A stretch of 64,000 nt of DNA, taken from an uncultured Planctomycetales bacterium. Its GTDB lineage: Bacteria > Omnitrophota > Gorgyraeia > Gygaellales > Profunditerraquicolaceae. Positions 40,515 to 50,404 of this stretch are shown here, in pieces. The number at the start of each line of letters is the position of its first letter. Positions within the stretch are counted from its first letter, which is position 1. Location of the stretch: positions 5,887 through 69,886 of the forward strand of contig CAYHBB010000003.1 of the NCBI GenBank assembly GCA_964354795.1, given 5' to 3'. Both the position numbers and the translations under genes were made by a program. The notes beneath the pieces were generated by a model. It made no database searches. It saw only the letters and a program-made list of their open reading frames with translations, and had not been told where the DNA came from.

Positions 40515-42137
40515 TTGGGTAGTAATAGAGATAGCAACAGATTAAGAGGATTGGCGATTGTTCTGATTTTAGTTATTCTTGTCATTGGATTCGCAATTCG
40601 TCTATTGAGCATACTAAGATATACATCTTTTGATTTTCCTGGTTATGCGCCTGATGCGGCTATTCATTCTTTTGCTTGCATGGAATCAAAAGATGCTTTA
40701 GTGGCAAAGTTTTCTTCCGTAGTAGGGGAGGAGGGTAAATGGCATTGGCTGGGGCCACCTGTCTCCCAGGCTAAATATTTCCTGCCTCCACTTTTCTATT
40801 ATCTTGTTCTTCCAGTGACTTTTTTCGGAGCAGATCCTATTATACTAGCGATACCCAATGTTCTCTTTTCATGGTTGAGTATTCCTTTAATCATGATCTT
40901 TATCTATCAGTTACTGGAAAATACTCAAAGAATGAAGCGTATTTTTTTGAGTATTCTATCAGGGTTCTGGTACAGCATATTCTTTGTAGATATATTTTTT
41001 AGCAGTTATCTCTGGAACCCAAGTATGATCCCCTTTTTCTTACTCTGTTTTCTTCTGCTTTATAGGTACCAGATGGAATCAAAGGCTTCATTTACTGTCC
41101 AGATAGCCTATTGGAGCCTATATGGGATAGTTTTAGCTATTTTGGCGTCTTTACATTCAGCTAGCTTGTTTGTAATGCCTGTGGTCTTTGTTTTAAGTTG
41201 TATTGTTTTTCTTGTAAAAAACTTAAATAACTCCAAAAAGTGGCTGCTTCCACTAATCTCTGTTTTTACAGCACTAGTGGCATTATATCCTTATCTGTAT
41301 TCGGATTATTTTAGAGATTGGTGTAACACTAGATTAATATTCGCTAAATTGACTACAGTTACTAGTGAAGCAAATGCAATACCCTTGGTTAAAAAACTGA
41401 CTATGATAGCGCAAAATTATCTGGGCCTAGGATGGCAGGCATATTTTATAGGTTTAAATAAATGGGGGGTTATTTTTTCATATATATTTTTACCTACTAC
41501 AATTATTATGGGGATGTTGAGATTCAAGGGCAATAGGATACTAGGTGGGTCTTTATTACTTATATTGTTTGTTTACTGTTTAGCAGTATCGAATTATACT
41601 GGTCGGCAGCTTGTTCATTACAAATATCTTATACTTTTGTTTCCTTTGATATTTACTATTTTAGCGCTTGCTTATCTTGATTATTCCAGGCTTTCCGCAA
41701 AGATTATATGCTCTTTTTTGATCCTTGGAATATGTATATCAGCCCTAACGAACATTTACCATAGCTACAGGCATCTTGAGGCAAGGTATGGTAGAGAACG
41801 CTTAATGAGTAGCGGTGATGTGATAGAAGTATTAAGAAGAATACCAGAAGGGTCTATTATATCGCCACCAGAATATACTTTTTTAATAAAGAAGGAATAT
41901 CATCCATTTAAGTTTATTAACAGATATGTTACAAAAAAGGTTATTAATTTTGTGGGTTTAGAGGATCTACAGCCTGGCTCTTATGTGATTGAAACTAAAA
42001 GAGAATTTCGATTTATCGATGAAAATAAATTGGGCCCTGTTTTTAATATCTTTGAAAAAAAACCTTGCGTACAGAAAGAGTGGAGTCTATTCTGGGAAAA
42101 TCCATCTCTATATGTATATTGTGTTGAGAAAAAGTAA
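40515..42137 (+). CDS. large polytopic membrane protein, unknown function (possible GT-C-like)
   Basis: About 12 hydrophobic helices followed by a C-terminal soluble domain; TTG or other alternative start. Confidence 0.4.
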   Translation: MGSNRDSNRLRGLAIVLILVILVIGFAIRLLSILRYTSFDFPGYAPDAAIHSFACMESKDALVAKFSSVVGEEGKWHWLGPPVSQAKYFLPPLFYYLVLPVTFFGADPIILAIPNVLFSWLSIPLIMIFIYQLLENTQRMKRIFLSILSGFWYSIFFVDIFFSSYLWNPSMIPFFLLCFLLLYRYQMESKASFTVQIAYWSLYGIVLAILASLHSASLFVMPVVFVLSCIVFLVKNLNNSKKWLLPLISVFTALVALYPYLYSDYFRDWCNTRLIFAKLTTVTSEANAIPLVKKLTMIAQNYLGLGWQAYFIGLNKWGVIFSYIFLPTTIIMGMLRFKGNRILGGSLLLILFVYCLAVSNYTGRQLVHYKYLILLFPLIFTILALAYLDYSRLSAKIICSFLILGICISALTNIYHSYRHLEARYGRERLMSSGDVIEVLRRIPEGSIISPPEYTFLIKKEYHPFKFINRYVTKKVINFVGLEDLQPGSYVIETKREFRFIDENKLGPVFNIFEKKPCVQKEWSLFWENPSLYVYCVEKK

Positions 42138-42259
42138 ATAAGCAATTCTTGCGAACATGGCAAATCGTCTTTTGAGATGTTACATAACTGGGCTATAAAT
42201 GGAGAGAAGATTTGGTCAACGATAAATCGGAATATTTTTCTAAGGTGGCTATGCATGTA

Positions 42260-43891
42260 ATGTTTGTCATACCCCGTTTTGCTGCGCCTAGCCAATTCTA
42301 TAATTATCCAGCAGGGTTAGCTCATATCTATGCTTTTCTTAAACAGCATGGTGTTTCGGTATCGTGTCTGAATCTTTGTCATGAATCTCAAAACACCCAT
42401 GTATTATTAAAGCGTGAGTTTGAGAAACAGCGAGTGGATATAATCTGCACTGGGGGGATGTCTTCGCACTGGGGATTAATCGAGGACATTCTTGTGAATG
42501 CCAAGCGTATTGACCGGAATGTTATCGCAGTGATCGGAGGGCCGATCATAACTGCTGATCCTGAGCTTGCCATGGCAAAACTTCCGATTGATTACGGTGT
42601 CATCGGCGAAGGAGAATATACAATAATTGAATTACTTGAGATCATTAAACGACAGGCTTATCCTAGTATGGTTAAAGGACTAATTTTTAAGAGTCCCGAC
42701 GGCCAGCTGGTGTTGACAGAAAAGCGGGAGGAAATTGAGGACCTTGATTCTCTGCCTATTCCAGAGCGTAAAGATTTTGGTTACACTATGGTTTGGGAGC
42801 CATTAAAAAAATATGCCGAACAGATACCTATTTTGGAAACTTTGCGTTACGCCGAGATTATAGGATCGCGTTCTTGCCCTTTTTCCTGCACTTTTTGCTA
42901 TCATCCTTTGGGCAAGAAATACCGCCAACGCTCACTCGATAACGTTTTTGCGGAGATTGATTATCTACACAGAACTTTCGGAGCAAACGTTATCGCTTTT
43001 AATGACGAGCTTTTTTCTCAGGATCAAACTCGGATGCTAGCATTAGCAAAGCGTATCAAACCCTACAATATTAAGTGGACGGCTCAGTTTAGAGTAACAA
43101 ATGTGCAACGCGAGGTAATGAAAGAATTGGTTGCTTCCGGTTTGATAGTCGCTCATTTTGGCATAGAGAGTATGAATGACGAAGTTTTAAAGAGCATGGA
43201 GAAGCATACTAGTAGGGCTGATATTATCAATGCTCTGGAGATTTGCCGGCAGGAGAAACTAGCATGCTCCGGAAATATTATTCTCGGCGACTCGGTTGAC
43301 ACTATTGAAACGATCAATGAGTCTATAGAATGGTGGAAGAATAATTCCATCTACCAAATCACTTTGGATTTTATCCGGGCGGTTCCTGACGCCCCAATCT
43401 ATCGCCTTGCGCTTGAGAGGGGGCTCATCAAAAACAAGCTGGGCCATGTTAGGAACTTACCGCTGATAAATTTGTCGAAGATGTCAGGCAGGCAGTATTA
43501 TGCCTTAGTGTTGAAGGTATGTTGGTGGAATCTTATGTGTACGTATAAGACTCCGGGGGCACTCATTACTACGCTTCGGCTTGATGAGCGTTTTGGCGAT
43601 AAACATTTCTATGAGCTTAAATTACGTTGCCCATTTTGTGGTAACGAACAGGTTTATAAGAAGCTTATGATCCTTCCGGCTCCTAATCTGGTAAACATCT
43701 GTTTTTGTTGTTTCGCGGATTTTAAGATTTCGCAGAAACAAGCATTTCCTGGAGACTATTCATCGGTGGCAACGTTTAGGTATATGCTGGTCAAGTTAGC
43801 AGGAGCTTACATGATGAGGTTTTCTTTCTTCAGAAACTATAGCCACGTACTCAAGAAGTTATTAAAAAAATATTCTACTAATTATGAATGA
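42260..43891 (+). CDS. B12-binding radical SAM protein (class B)
   Basis: MFVIPRFAAP...B12-binding domain; CPFSCTFC; start moved to the ATG with an AAGGTGG RBS about 11 nt upstream (the ORF track gives 42212). Confidence 0.75.
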   Translation: MFVIPRFAAPSQFYNYPAGLAHIYAFLKQHGVSVSCLNLCHESQNTHVLLKREFEKQRVDIICTGGMSSHWGLIEDILVNAKRIDRNVIAVIGGPIITADPELAMAKLPIDYGVIGEGEYTIIELLEIIKRQAYPSMVKGLIFKSPDGQLVLTEKREEIEDLDSLPIPERKDFGYTMVWEPLKKYAEQIPILETLRYAEIIGSRSCPFSCTFCYHPLGKKYRQRSLDNVFAEIDYLHRTFGANVIAFNDELFSQDQTRMLALAKRIKPYNIKWTAQFRVTNVQREVMKELVASGLIVAHFGIESMNDEVLKSMEKHTSRADIINALEICRQEKLACSGNIILGDSVDTIETINESIEWWKNNSIYQITLDFIRAVPDAPIYRLALERGLIKNKLGHVRNLPLINLSKMSGRQYYALVLKVCWWNLMCTYKTPGALITTLRLDERFGDKHFYELKLRCPFCGNEQVYKKLMILPAPNLVNICFCCFADFKISQKQAFPGDYSSVATFRYMLVKLAGAYMMRFSFFRNYSHVLKKLLKKYSTNYE

Positions 43892-45590
43892 TTATGAGTT
43901 TCAAATAAAATATGTAAAAGATAGCTCCTTAAGAATGCTATGGATGCAAGATTTGCAATCCGTAACTCCTACTTTCGGCTGTTTCCACTATCCGTACTGG
44001 AGGGATAAGGTTGCTGATTTTGCAGATATCCGTTTTCAGGAGGCGGGTGCCGCCTTGGGGTTACTTATTCATCCTGAACTTTATGATGATTCGCTTCCTG
44101 GAAAGGAAATTTTATATACCGCTTTTTCTAGCGGTTTAGAGTTTTGGTGCAAACAGCAACATAGTGATGGAAGTTTTGATGAATGGTATAAGAACGAGCA
44201 TGGTTTTGCCGCAACGGTTTTTCCCATAATCGCATACGGTCTTGCCATCAATTTCCTCGGCGATTCTGTTAAAAATAAAGATAAAGAAATATTCTTACAA
44301 ACGGCCAGTAAGGCATCTCACTGGTTACTGAGGCGCGATGATTTTGTGAAAATGAACCATCAGGCTGCAGCTGCTTGCGCGCTTTCGATTATTTATCGTC
44401 TGACCGGTAACAAAATATTTGCCAATGGAGCGGCTAAGAAGCACAGAGACGTATTATCTTCCCAGAAAGATGAAGGATGGTTTAATGAAATAGCAGGCAT
44501 GGATTTTGGTTATTGCGGTGTTTTGTTGGACTATATGATGCTTTACCGCTATATGACGCAGGATGACTCGGGTTTAATCCCCATGCAAAGATTGTACGCT
44601 TTTATGTATCCTTTTATACAGCCGGATATGACTCTTTCTGCAGAACCAAGTATATGTCTTAATACTTATCTTTCCCGGATCGGAACAGTGTTATTATCGG
44701 AATATTCCCATGAATCCGCTGAAATAGCCAAAATTCTTTCTGAACAGAATAGCGGCTTTAGGGGCGTGGAACCTTATTTGGCTGATGATTTGAGGCTTTG
44801 CCGATGGGCTTACTTTCCGTTAGTTTCCGGATTGATTAAAGCAGAGATGTGCCGGAGAAATTCTTTTATTAAAGCATATAATAGTTTGAAAATCTATAAA
44901 GGGGATATTTTTCACCATGAGGCCAATGTTTTTTCTTACAGAAATTCTGGTTTGCAGGTTAATTTCTTTCCTTCGGGCGCAGGGGCAGTTAGGTTCTTTT
45001 TGCACGAAGGCAATATAAACGAAGTTCATCAATACCATGATGCTGGCTATAGCTATTCCGATAAGCATATATCAAAAAATAAGTTATTTACTGGCGGCTA
45101 CTCTAATTTACGTAAAACCGACAGGAAGATCAATACTATTACTACATGCGTTAATTTTATCCCTGCGAAGTTCTTCTTTCCGCCATTCTTCGCCAAAGTG
45201 ATTCTAAGGATAGGCTGTATTATCCCTTTTTTGTCGTTTTGCCTAAGGAAACTCATTGATTCATACCGAAAGAAAAAAGGTACGGCCATTAACCAATCCG
45301 TAGCACCTCTTTCAGGCAAAAACTCAGGGATAGTTCTTTACAGAACGCTTGCTTTTCAAGAGGACAATTTTAAGATTATTGATTTGATTAAGAGTGAAAG
45401 AAAAGGAACTAAATTACAGTTATCCAATCTGAGTCCGCGCATCTTCATTGACGGCGTGGAAATGAAAGCAGAAAATATGTTTGATCAGTTTGTTAGCTCG
45501 AATATTCAGGCAGTCACTATTACAAAAGTAATCCGGTTTTTAAAAGAGAAACATAAATTTGATGTGTCTTTCTCGATAGGGGGGAACTAA
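43884..45590 (+). CDS. 568-aa hypothetical protein (possibly an alpha/alpha-toroid polysaccharide-modifying enzyme)
   Basis: No diagnostic motif; W/Y/H-rich segments (HSDGSFDEWYKNEHGF) vaguely like heparinase/alginate-lyase-type folds. Confidence 0.3.
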   Translation: MNDYEFQIKYVKDSSLRMLWMQDLQSVTPTFGCFHYPYWRDKVADFADIRFQEAGAALGLLIHPELYDDSLPGKEILYTAFSSGLEFWCKQQHSDGSFDEWYKNEHGFAATVFPIIAYGLAINFLGDSVKNKDKEIFLQTASKASHWLLRRDDFVKMNHQAAAACALSIIYRLTGNKIFANGAAKKHRDVLSSQKDEGWFNEIAGMDFGYCGVLLDYMMLYRYMTQDDSGLIPMQRLYAFMYPFIQPDMTLSAEPSICLNTYLSRIGTVLLSEYSHESAEIAKILSEQNSGFRGVEPYLADDLRLCRWAYFPLVSGLIKAEMCRRNSFIKAYNSLKIYKGDIFHHEANVFSYRNSGLQVNFFPSGAGAVRFFLHEGNINEVHQYHDAGYSYSDKHISKNKLFTGGYSNLRKTDRKINTITTCVNFIPAKFFFPPFFAKVILRIGCIIPFLSFCLRKLIDSYRKKKGTAINQSVAPLSGKNSGIVLYRTLAFQEDNFKIIDLIKSERKGTKLQLSNLSPRIFIDGVEMKAENMFDQFVSSNIQAVTITKVIRFLKEKHKFDVSFSIGGN

Positions 45591-45591
45591 A

Positions 45592-46563
45592 ATGCCTTCT
45601 AAATATTCTCTTATAAGCATAGTGGTACCGTTTTTAAATGAGTCTCAGAGTCTTCCGATATTATATAATGCGTTGGAAGAGGTAAGAAAGATACACGAAC
45701 TTGATCTTGAGTATATTTTTGTTGACGACGGTTCGGTTGACAATGGTTTTGAAAAGCTTGCTGATTTGTCTAAAGGAAACAATTGTTGCAAAATATTGCA
45801 GCTCAGGAGGAATTTTGGCAAGTCTAAAGCTTTATATTTCGGAATGCTGCATAGTAAAGGCGATATTTTAGTTACCATGGACGCTGATTTGCAGGATAAC
45901 CCGGAAGATATAGTGAAATTGATCGAAAAACTCCAAGAAGGTTACGATCTGGTAGGAGGATGGAAGAAGGTAAGGCGGGATCCGGCCACAAAGACATTTC
46001 CTTCTTTGGTGTTTAACTGGATAGTGCGATCTGCTACCGGAACAAATTTCCACGATATAAACTGCGGACTCAAAGTTTATAAAAGATGGGTCATTGATAA
46101 TGTAACGTTTAGAGGAGAGCATCACCGTTTTCCTATGGTTTTGGCAGCATCAATGGGAGCGCAGGTTACCGAGGTTCCCGTAAATCATCGCCCAAGAAAG
46201 TATGGTCGTTCTAAATTCGGCTTTGAAAGGTTTATTTGCGGTTTTCTAGATCTAATTTCAGTACTTCTACTAACCAAGTACTTTGAAAGGCCATTACATT
46301 TTTTTGCAAAGCCGGGGTTATTACTGTTTTCTATAGGAAGTTGTATTTTTTCCGTTCTTTTAGGAGAGCACATAGTTTATCTTTTTACCGGAATTGCTAA
46401 ATTTCAGTTAGTAAATAGGCCTCTATTAATAGTAGCCACAATTTTAATTATTGCTGGGGTTCAGATAATTTCTGTTGGCTTAACACTGGAGTATGTGTTG
46501 ACTCTTAAGGGCAGGAATAATTCAGAAGCAGCTTTTATAAAGAAGAAGATACATATCGATTAG
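45592..46563 (+). CDS. GT2 polyprenol-phosphate glycosyltransferase with C-terminal membrane anchor (GtrB/ArnC-like)
   Basis: ISIVVPFLNESQSL...IFVDDGSVDNG, DADLQDNP, RPRKYGRSKFG, two C-terminal TM helices. Confidence 0.75.
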   Translation: MPSKYSLISIVVPFLNESQSLPILYNALEEVRKIHELDLEYIFVDDGSVDNGFEKLADLSKGNNCCKILQLRRNFGKSKALYFGMLHSKGDILVTMDADLQDNPEDIVKLIEKLQEGYDLVGGWKKVRRDPATKTFPSLVFNWIVRSATGTNFHDINCGLKVYKRWVIDNVTFRGEHHRFPMVLAASMGAQVTEVPVNHRPRKYGRSKFGFERFICGFLDLISVLLLTKYFERPLHFFAKPGLLLFSIGSCIFSVLLGEHIVYLFTGIAKFQLVNRPLLIVATILIIAGVQIISVGLTLEYVLTLKGRNNSEAAFIKKKIHID

Positions 46564-46608
46564 CTATTTATTTAAAAGAGATCTTTTGATAAGAACAAAT
46601 TAATCTCT

Positions 46609-47442
46609 ATGGATATAAAAAGAAATGCTAAGTTTTGGGATGATAATCCTGTAGATGGTCTTTTGCATGATGCTAAGTCTAGGTTGGAATTCCGGAGAAA
46701 TAAGGACCGCTGGATAAATGTTTTTCCGGATAATCTCAAGGAAGGCGAACGGATGTTGTCTGTTGGTTGCGGACAAGGAACAGATGTATTTCTGGCTTTA
46801 GGCAAAGTAAATCACGATACTAGAATTGTAGGTTTAGATATTTCTTTAAGCTCCCTTAAATCAGCGGTTAATGAAATTAAGCAGACTGCTTTAAATAATA
46901 ACCTAATATTTATTAGTGCTGATGCTCAAAAGTTACCCTTCAGAGGTGAGTCCTTTGATACGGTCTGGTCATTAGGCGTACTCCATCATGTGTCTGATAT
47001 AGAACTGGCGTTATCGGAAATAAAAAGGGTGCTTAAGCCCGGTGGCAAGCTATTTTTAATGTTGTATCGCAGGAGCTGTCCAAAAGGAATCCTGGTTAAT
47101 ATGGCACGTAAAATATCAAGGTTTATAGATAAGGTAATGCAAAAGGATTATTATATATACAACAAGATTAGAAAATCAAATATTGAAAATAAGCTTGGAA
47201 CAGCTATTTATGAGCTATTTGGTTGCCCAACTTTAAATCTGTATTCAGGCAAGCAAGTTCATAAGCTTTTACGTAACTTCTTGAACATTAAAATCGAGTC
47301 ATATGAAAGCGGTATTTATGGATTAAATGTTTTTCTGCCTATTAGGTTAAAAAGATTTTTTTTGCCAATTTTAAACTTATTCGATCCTTCAAGAAATTGT
47401 CTTGGTTTCCATTGGTTAATCACTATTAAGAAAGATAGCTGA
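46609..47442 (+). CDS. class I SAM-dependent methyltransferase
   Basis: LSVGCGQGTD motif I; VLKPGGKLFL. Confidence 0.7.
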   Translation: MDIKRNAKFWDDNPVDGLLHDAKSRLEFRRNKDRWINVFPDNLKEGERMLSVGCGQGTDVFLALGKVNHDTRIVGLDISLSSLKSAVNEIKQTALNNNLIFISADAQKLPFRGESFDTVWSLGVLHHVSDIELALSEIKRVLKPGGKLFLMLYRRSCPKGILVNMARKISRFIDKVMQKDYYIYNKIRKSNIENKLGTAIYELFGCPTLNLYSGKQVHKLLRNFLNIKIESYESGIYGLNVFLPIRLKRFFLPILNLFDPSRNCLGFHWLITIKKDS

Positions 47443-47448
47443 TAAAAT

Positions 47449-49368
47449 ATGTGCGGAATATTTGGTTGGTTAAGAGAAGATGGGCTGCCGGATTACGAGA
47501 TAGGCAAGAGAATCACCGATTTATTAAAACATCGCGGTCCCGATGATTCGGGGTACAAAATTGTCAACAATTGTTTCTTGGGCCACAGGCGTTTGTCTAT
47601 CATAGACGTAAGTAAAGCCGGGCACCAGCCGTTTTCTAGCGCTGACGGAAGGTATAATATTGTCTTTAACGGCGAGATTTATAATTATTTGGAATTAAGA
47701 AAAGAACTTAATGCAGAAGGAGTTAGTTTTTCGACCCAAACCGATACTGAAGTATTATTGTATGCTTATTTAAGATGGGGAAAAGAATGTTTGAAGAAAC
47801 TTGAAGGAATGTTTGCTTTTGCTATTTTTGACAGGAATGCTCAAGAATTGTTTCTTTGCAGAGACCATCTTGGTCAAAAGCCTCTATATTTTACTCAACA
47901 GAAAGGCAATTTTATTTTTTCTTCCGAGTTAAGGTGTATTATCAAGCATCCCCAAGTTGATCCGAGAATAGAATTAAAATCAATATTGAAATATCATGTT
48001 TATGATTTTCTTCCTCGCAATCTTACGCCTTTAAGGAATGTATGGAAGCTACCCCCTGGGCATTTTCTTGTTTTGAAGAATAATTCTATTGTCATTCATG
48101 AATACTGGAAAAGTACCCCTGGGCATAATGAGAGTAAGATAAATATTGATAAGGCAATTAGTCAACTGGATGCTTTATTATTTGATTCTGTAAAAAAACA
48201 TTTACGTTCCGATGTCCCTTACGGTATTTTCTTAAGCGGCGGGATAGATTCTTCTCTGGTTACGCATTATGCTAGGAGTGTTCTCGGTAAAGATGATTTA
48301 AAGACGTTTAGCGTTGCATTTGAGTATAAGAATTTTGATGAATCTAAAGTTGCCCAAGCAGTTGCTAGAAAATACGGGACCAACCATACGGTAATACCAA
48401 TGACAAAAGAAAGCATTTTAAATTCAATTCATAAAATCTTGGATCATTTGGATGAGCCTTTAGCTAACCCGGGCTTAGTAAACTCTTATTTTATATCTAA
48501 TTTTGCCGCTGGAGATATCAAGGTCGCTTTGTCCGGAAACGGTGGCGATGAATTATTCGGCGGTTACGTTACTTTTAAAGCTGATCTTGCTTCAAAGATT
48601 TTTTCAGCCCTACCAGATCCGTTTATAAATTCATTTAAATTTCTTTCATCTAAAGTTTTATTTGCCAGTAGCGACTATATGAGTTTTGATTTTAAAGTAA
48701 ATAATTTATTGAAAGGCTTTCCCGGGCCTGATATTTTAAGGAATCAATGCTGGTTAGCCGCGATCCCCCCGGAAGAAATACCGGGACTATATAAAGGATT
48801 AAATTTACCGGACTTATTTTTTAAAAGAGCTACTACTAAGGACAATATCTTCGAAGAAGTGATGGAGGCAGCATATCCTGTGGAAAAAAGTAATTTAAGA
48901 AATAAAATGCTTATTCAATATCAGAAGTTGTTTTTGCCTGAATTTGTTTGCGCCAATACCGACCGTGCGAGCATGAGCGTTTCATTAGAGGTGCGTTCTC
49001 CTTTTATTCATAGGCCAATTATTGAGTTTGCTAATACCCTTCCGCAAAATCTGAAAATAAGGAAGAATAAATTAAAGTATCTGCTTTTTGAATTAGGAAA
49101 AAGAATAGGTTTGCCAAAAGAGGTCTTGAGTCATCCCAAGCAGGGGTTTACCTTTCCGGTTGCCGGATGGCTTCGTACCGACCTAAAAGATACAATGGAA
49201 GAGGTATTTTCCCAAGAAACTGTATCGAGATTTGGCATTATAGACAAAAATAGAATTTCGCTTCTAAGAAAAGAGCATCTTTCGGGCAAGCGGAATCATT
49301 ATAAGGCTCTCTGGAATTTACTTACGCTTTTTAAATGGATGCAGAACTTTCCGGAGGTGTATGTTTGA
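47449..49368 (+). CDS. asparagine synthase (glutamine-hydrolysing)-family amidotransferase
   Basis: MCGIFGW N-terminal nucleophile Cys2; GIFLSGGIDSS PP-loop; 639 aa. Confidence 0.85.
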   Translation: MCGIFGWLREDGLPDYEIGKRITDLLKHRGPDDSGYKIVNNCFLGHRRLSIIDVSKAGHQPFSSADGRYNIVFNGEIYNYLELRKELNAEGVSFSTQTDTEVLLYAYLRWGKECLKKLEGMFAFAIFDRNAQELFLCRDHLGQKPLYFTQQKGNFIFSSELRCIIKHPQVDPRIELKSILKYHVYDFLPRNLTPLRNVWKLPPGHFLVLKNNSIVIHEYWKSTPGHNESKINIDKAISQLDALLFDSVKKHLRSDVPYGIFLSGGIDSSLVTHYARSVLGKDDLKTFSVAFEYKNFDESKVAQAVARKYGTNHTVIPMTKESILNSIHKILDHLDEPLANPGLVNSYFISNFAAGDIKVALSGNGGDELFGGYVTFKADLASKIFSALPDPFINSFKFLSSKVLFASSDYMSFDFKVNNLLKGFPGPDILRNQCWLAAIPPEEIPGLYKGLNLPDLFFKRATTKDNIFEEVMEAAYPVEKSNLRNKMLIQYQKLFLPEFVCANTDRASMSVSLEVRSPFIHRPIIEFANTLPQNLKIRKNKLKYLLFELGKRIGLPKEVLSHPKQGFTFPVAGWLRTDLKDTMEEVFSQETVSRFGIIDKNRISLLRKEHLSGKRNHYKALWNLLTLFKWMQNFPEVYV

Positions 49369-50404
49369 CATGCTTAAGAAAATAATAGATTTGGTTAAAT
49401 TAGTAAAGAATATTTCTTGTATTAAACTCGGTTTTCCGCGGCCCATAATAGCGGTTTGGGAGGTGACCTACCGTTGTAATATGCGTTGTGTTTTCTGCAA
49501 TGAAAAAAACCTTATTGCCGAAGAAATGAATACATCCGAGGCACTAGTGATGATTGAGCGTCTCAATAAGTTAAAAACTAATATTATTCTGCTTACCGGA
49601 GGTGAACCGACTATTAGGGGTGATATAGGTATTTTGGTGGATGCAATTAAAAAAAGCGGTTTAACTTTAATATTTACTACTAATGGATTAACGATAAAAG
49701 AGAATCTTGCAACTCTAGTTAAGGCTGATTTAATAAGGCTTAGCGTTGATGGTTATGGTGATATCCATGATCAAATTCGAGGGACGCCGGGTGCTTTTAA
49801 GAAAATTGAAGAAGGCGTGTCTTTGCTGATAAAGGCCGGAAAACCTCCCATGCTCGTTTGTGTAGTTACTAGTATAGTCAATAGAGATAATCTAAGGCAG
49901 TTGTTTCTTAGGGCCCGGGAATGGGGAGTGCAAATCGATTTTTCCATGGTCACCTATTCATTAAAAACCGAAAAATTCCTTAATGAATTAAATGCCGTTA
50001 GCGAGATTCAAGAAAAAAGCAAAATAAGTGAGGAAGAGTTCCTAAAGATGCTTGAAGAATTTAAAAATGATTTTCCCGATGTCCTGGCCAATCCCAGATT
50101 CTATAAGCATCTTATAATGTCTGGTGGATTGGGTAGAAGATGTAGGGCTTTGGATGTTTCTTTGAATATCAGGCCAAACGGTCATATATCGATTCCCTGT
50201 GATGCATATACCTTAAAAGAGTTGGAAGGTGATATCCGCGATAATTGGTCAAAGATGCAGCAGTTAAAGGATGTCAAGGCTAAGGTAGGCGAATATTATT
50301 TTTGTAAAAAATGTTATAAAAGATGCATTGCCTTTCCTTCAATGTTTTTAAGTTTTAATAATTTTGTAGACTTATTGAGGTCTTATTTTCCTTCGTTAAA
50401 ATGA
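49361..50404 (+). CDS. radical SAM enzyme with SPASM-like C-terminal Cys cluster
   Basis: YRCNMRCVFC, LLTGGEPT, C-terminal C...C...CKKCYKRC. Confidence 0.75.
   Translation: MFDMLKKIIDLVKLVKNISCIKLGFPRPIIAVWEVTYRCNMRCVFCNEKNLIAEEMNTSEALVMIERLNKLKTNIILLTGGEPTIRGDIGILVDAIKKSGLTLIFTTNGLTIKENLATLVKADLIRLSVDGYGDIHDQIRGTPGAFKKIEEGVSLLIKAGKPPMLVCVVTSIVNRDNLRQLFLRAREWGVQIDFSMVTYSLKTEKFLNELNAVSEIQEKSKISEEEFLKMLEEFKNDFPDVLANPRFYKHLIMSGGLGRRCRALDVSLNIRPNGHISIPCDAYTLKELEGDIRDNWSKMQQLKDVKAKVGEYYFCKKCYKRCIAFPSMFLSFNNFVDLLRSYFPSLK

Noticed and set aside
47449-49368. Asparagine-synthetase homolog as a possible lasso-peptide cyclase
   Set aside because: It retains the N-terminal nucleophile Cys2 (MCGIFGW) of genuine glutamine amidotransferases. 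No transglutaminase-like leader protease was seen. AsnB-type amidotransferases are common in O-antigen and exopolysaccharide loci, for example for uronamide formation. I call it a glycan amidotransferase, though a peptide-modifying role is not excluded.
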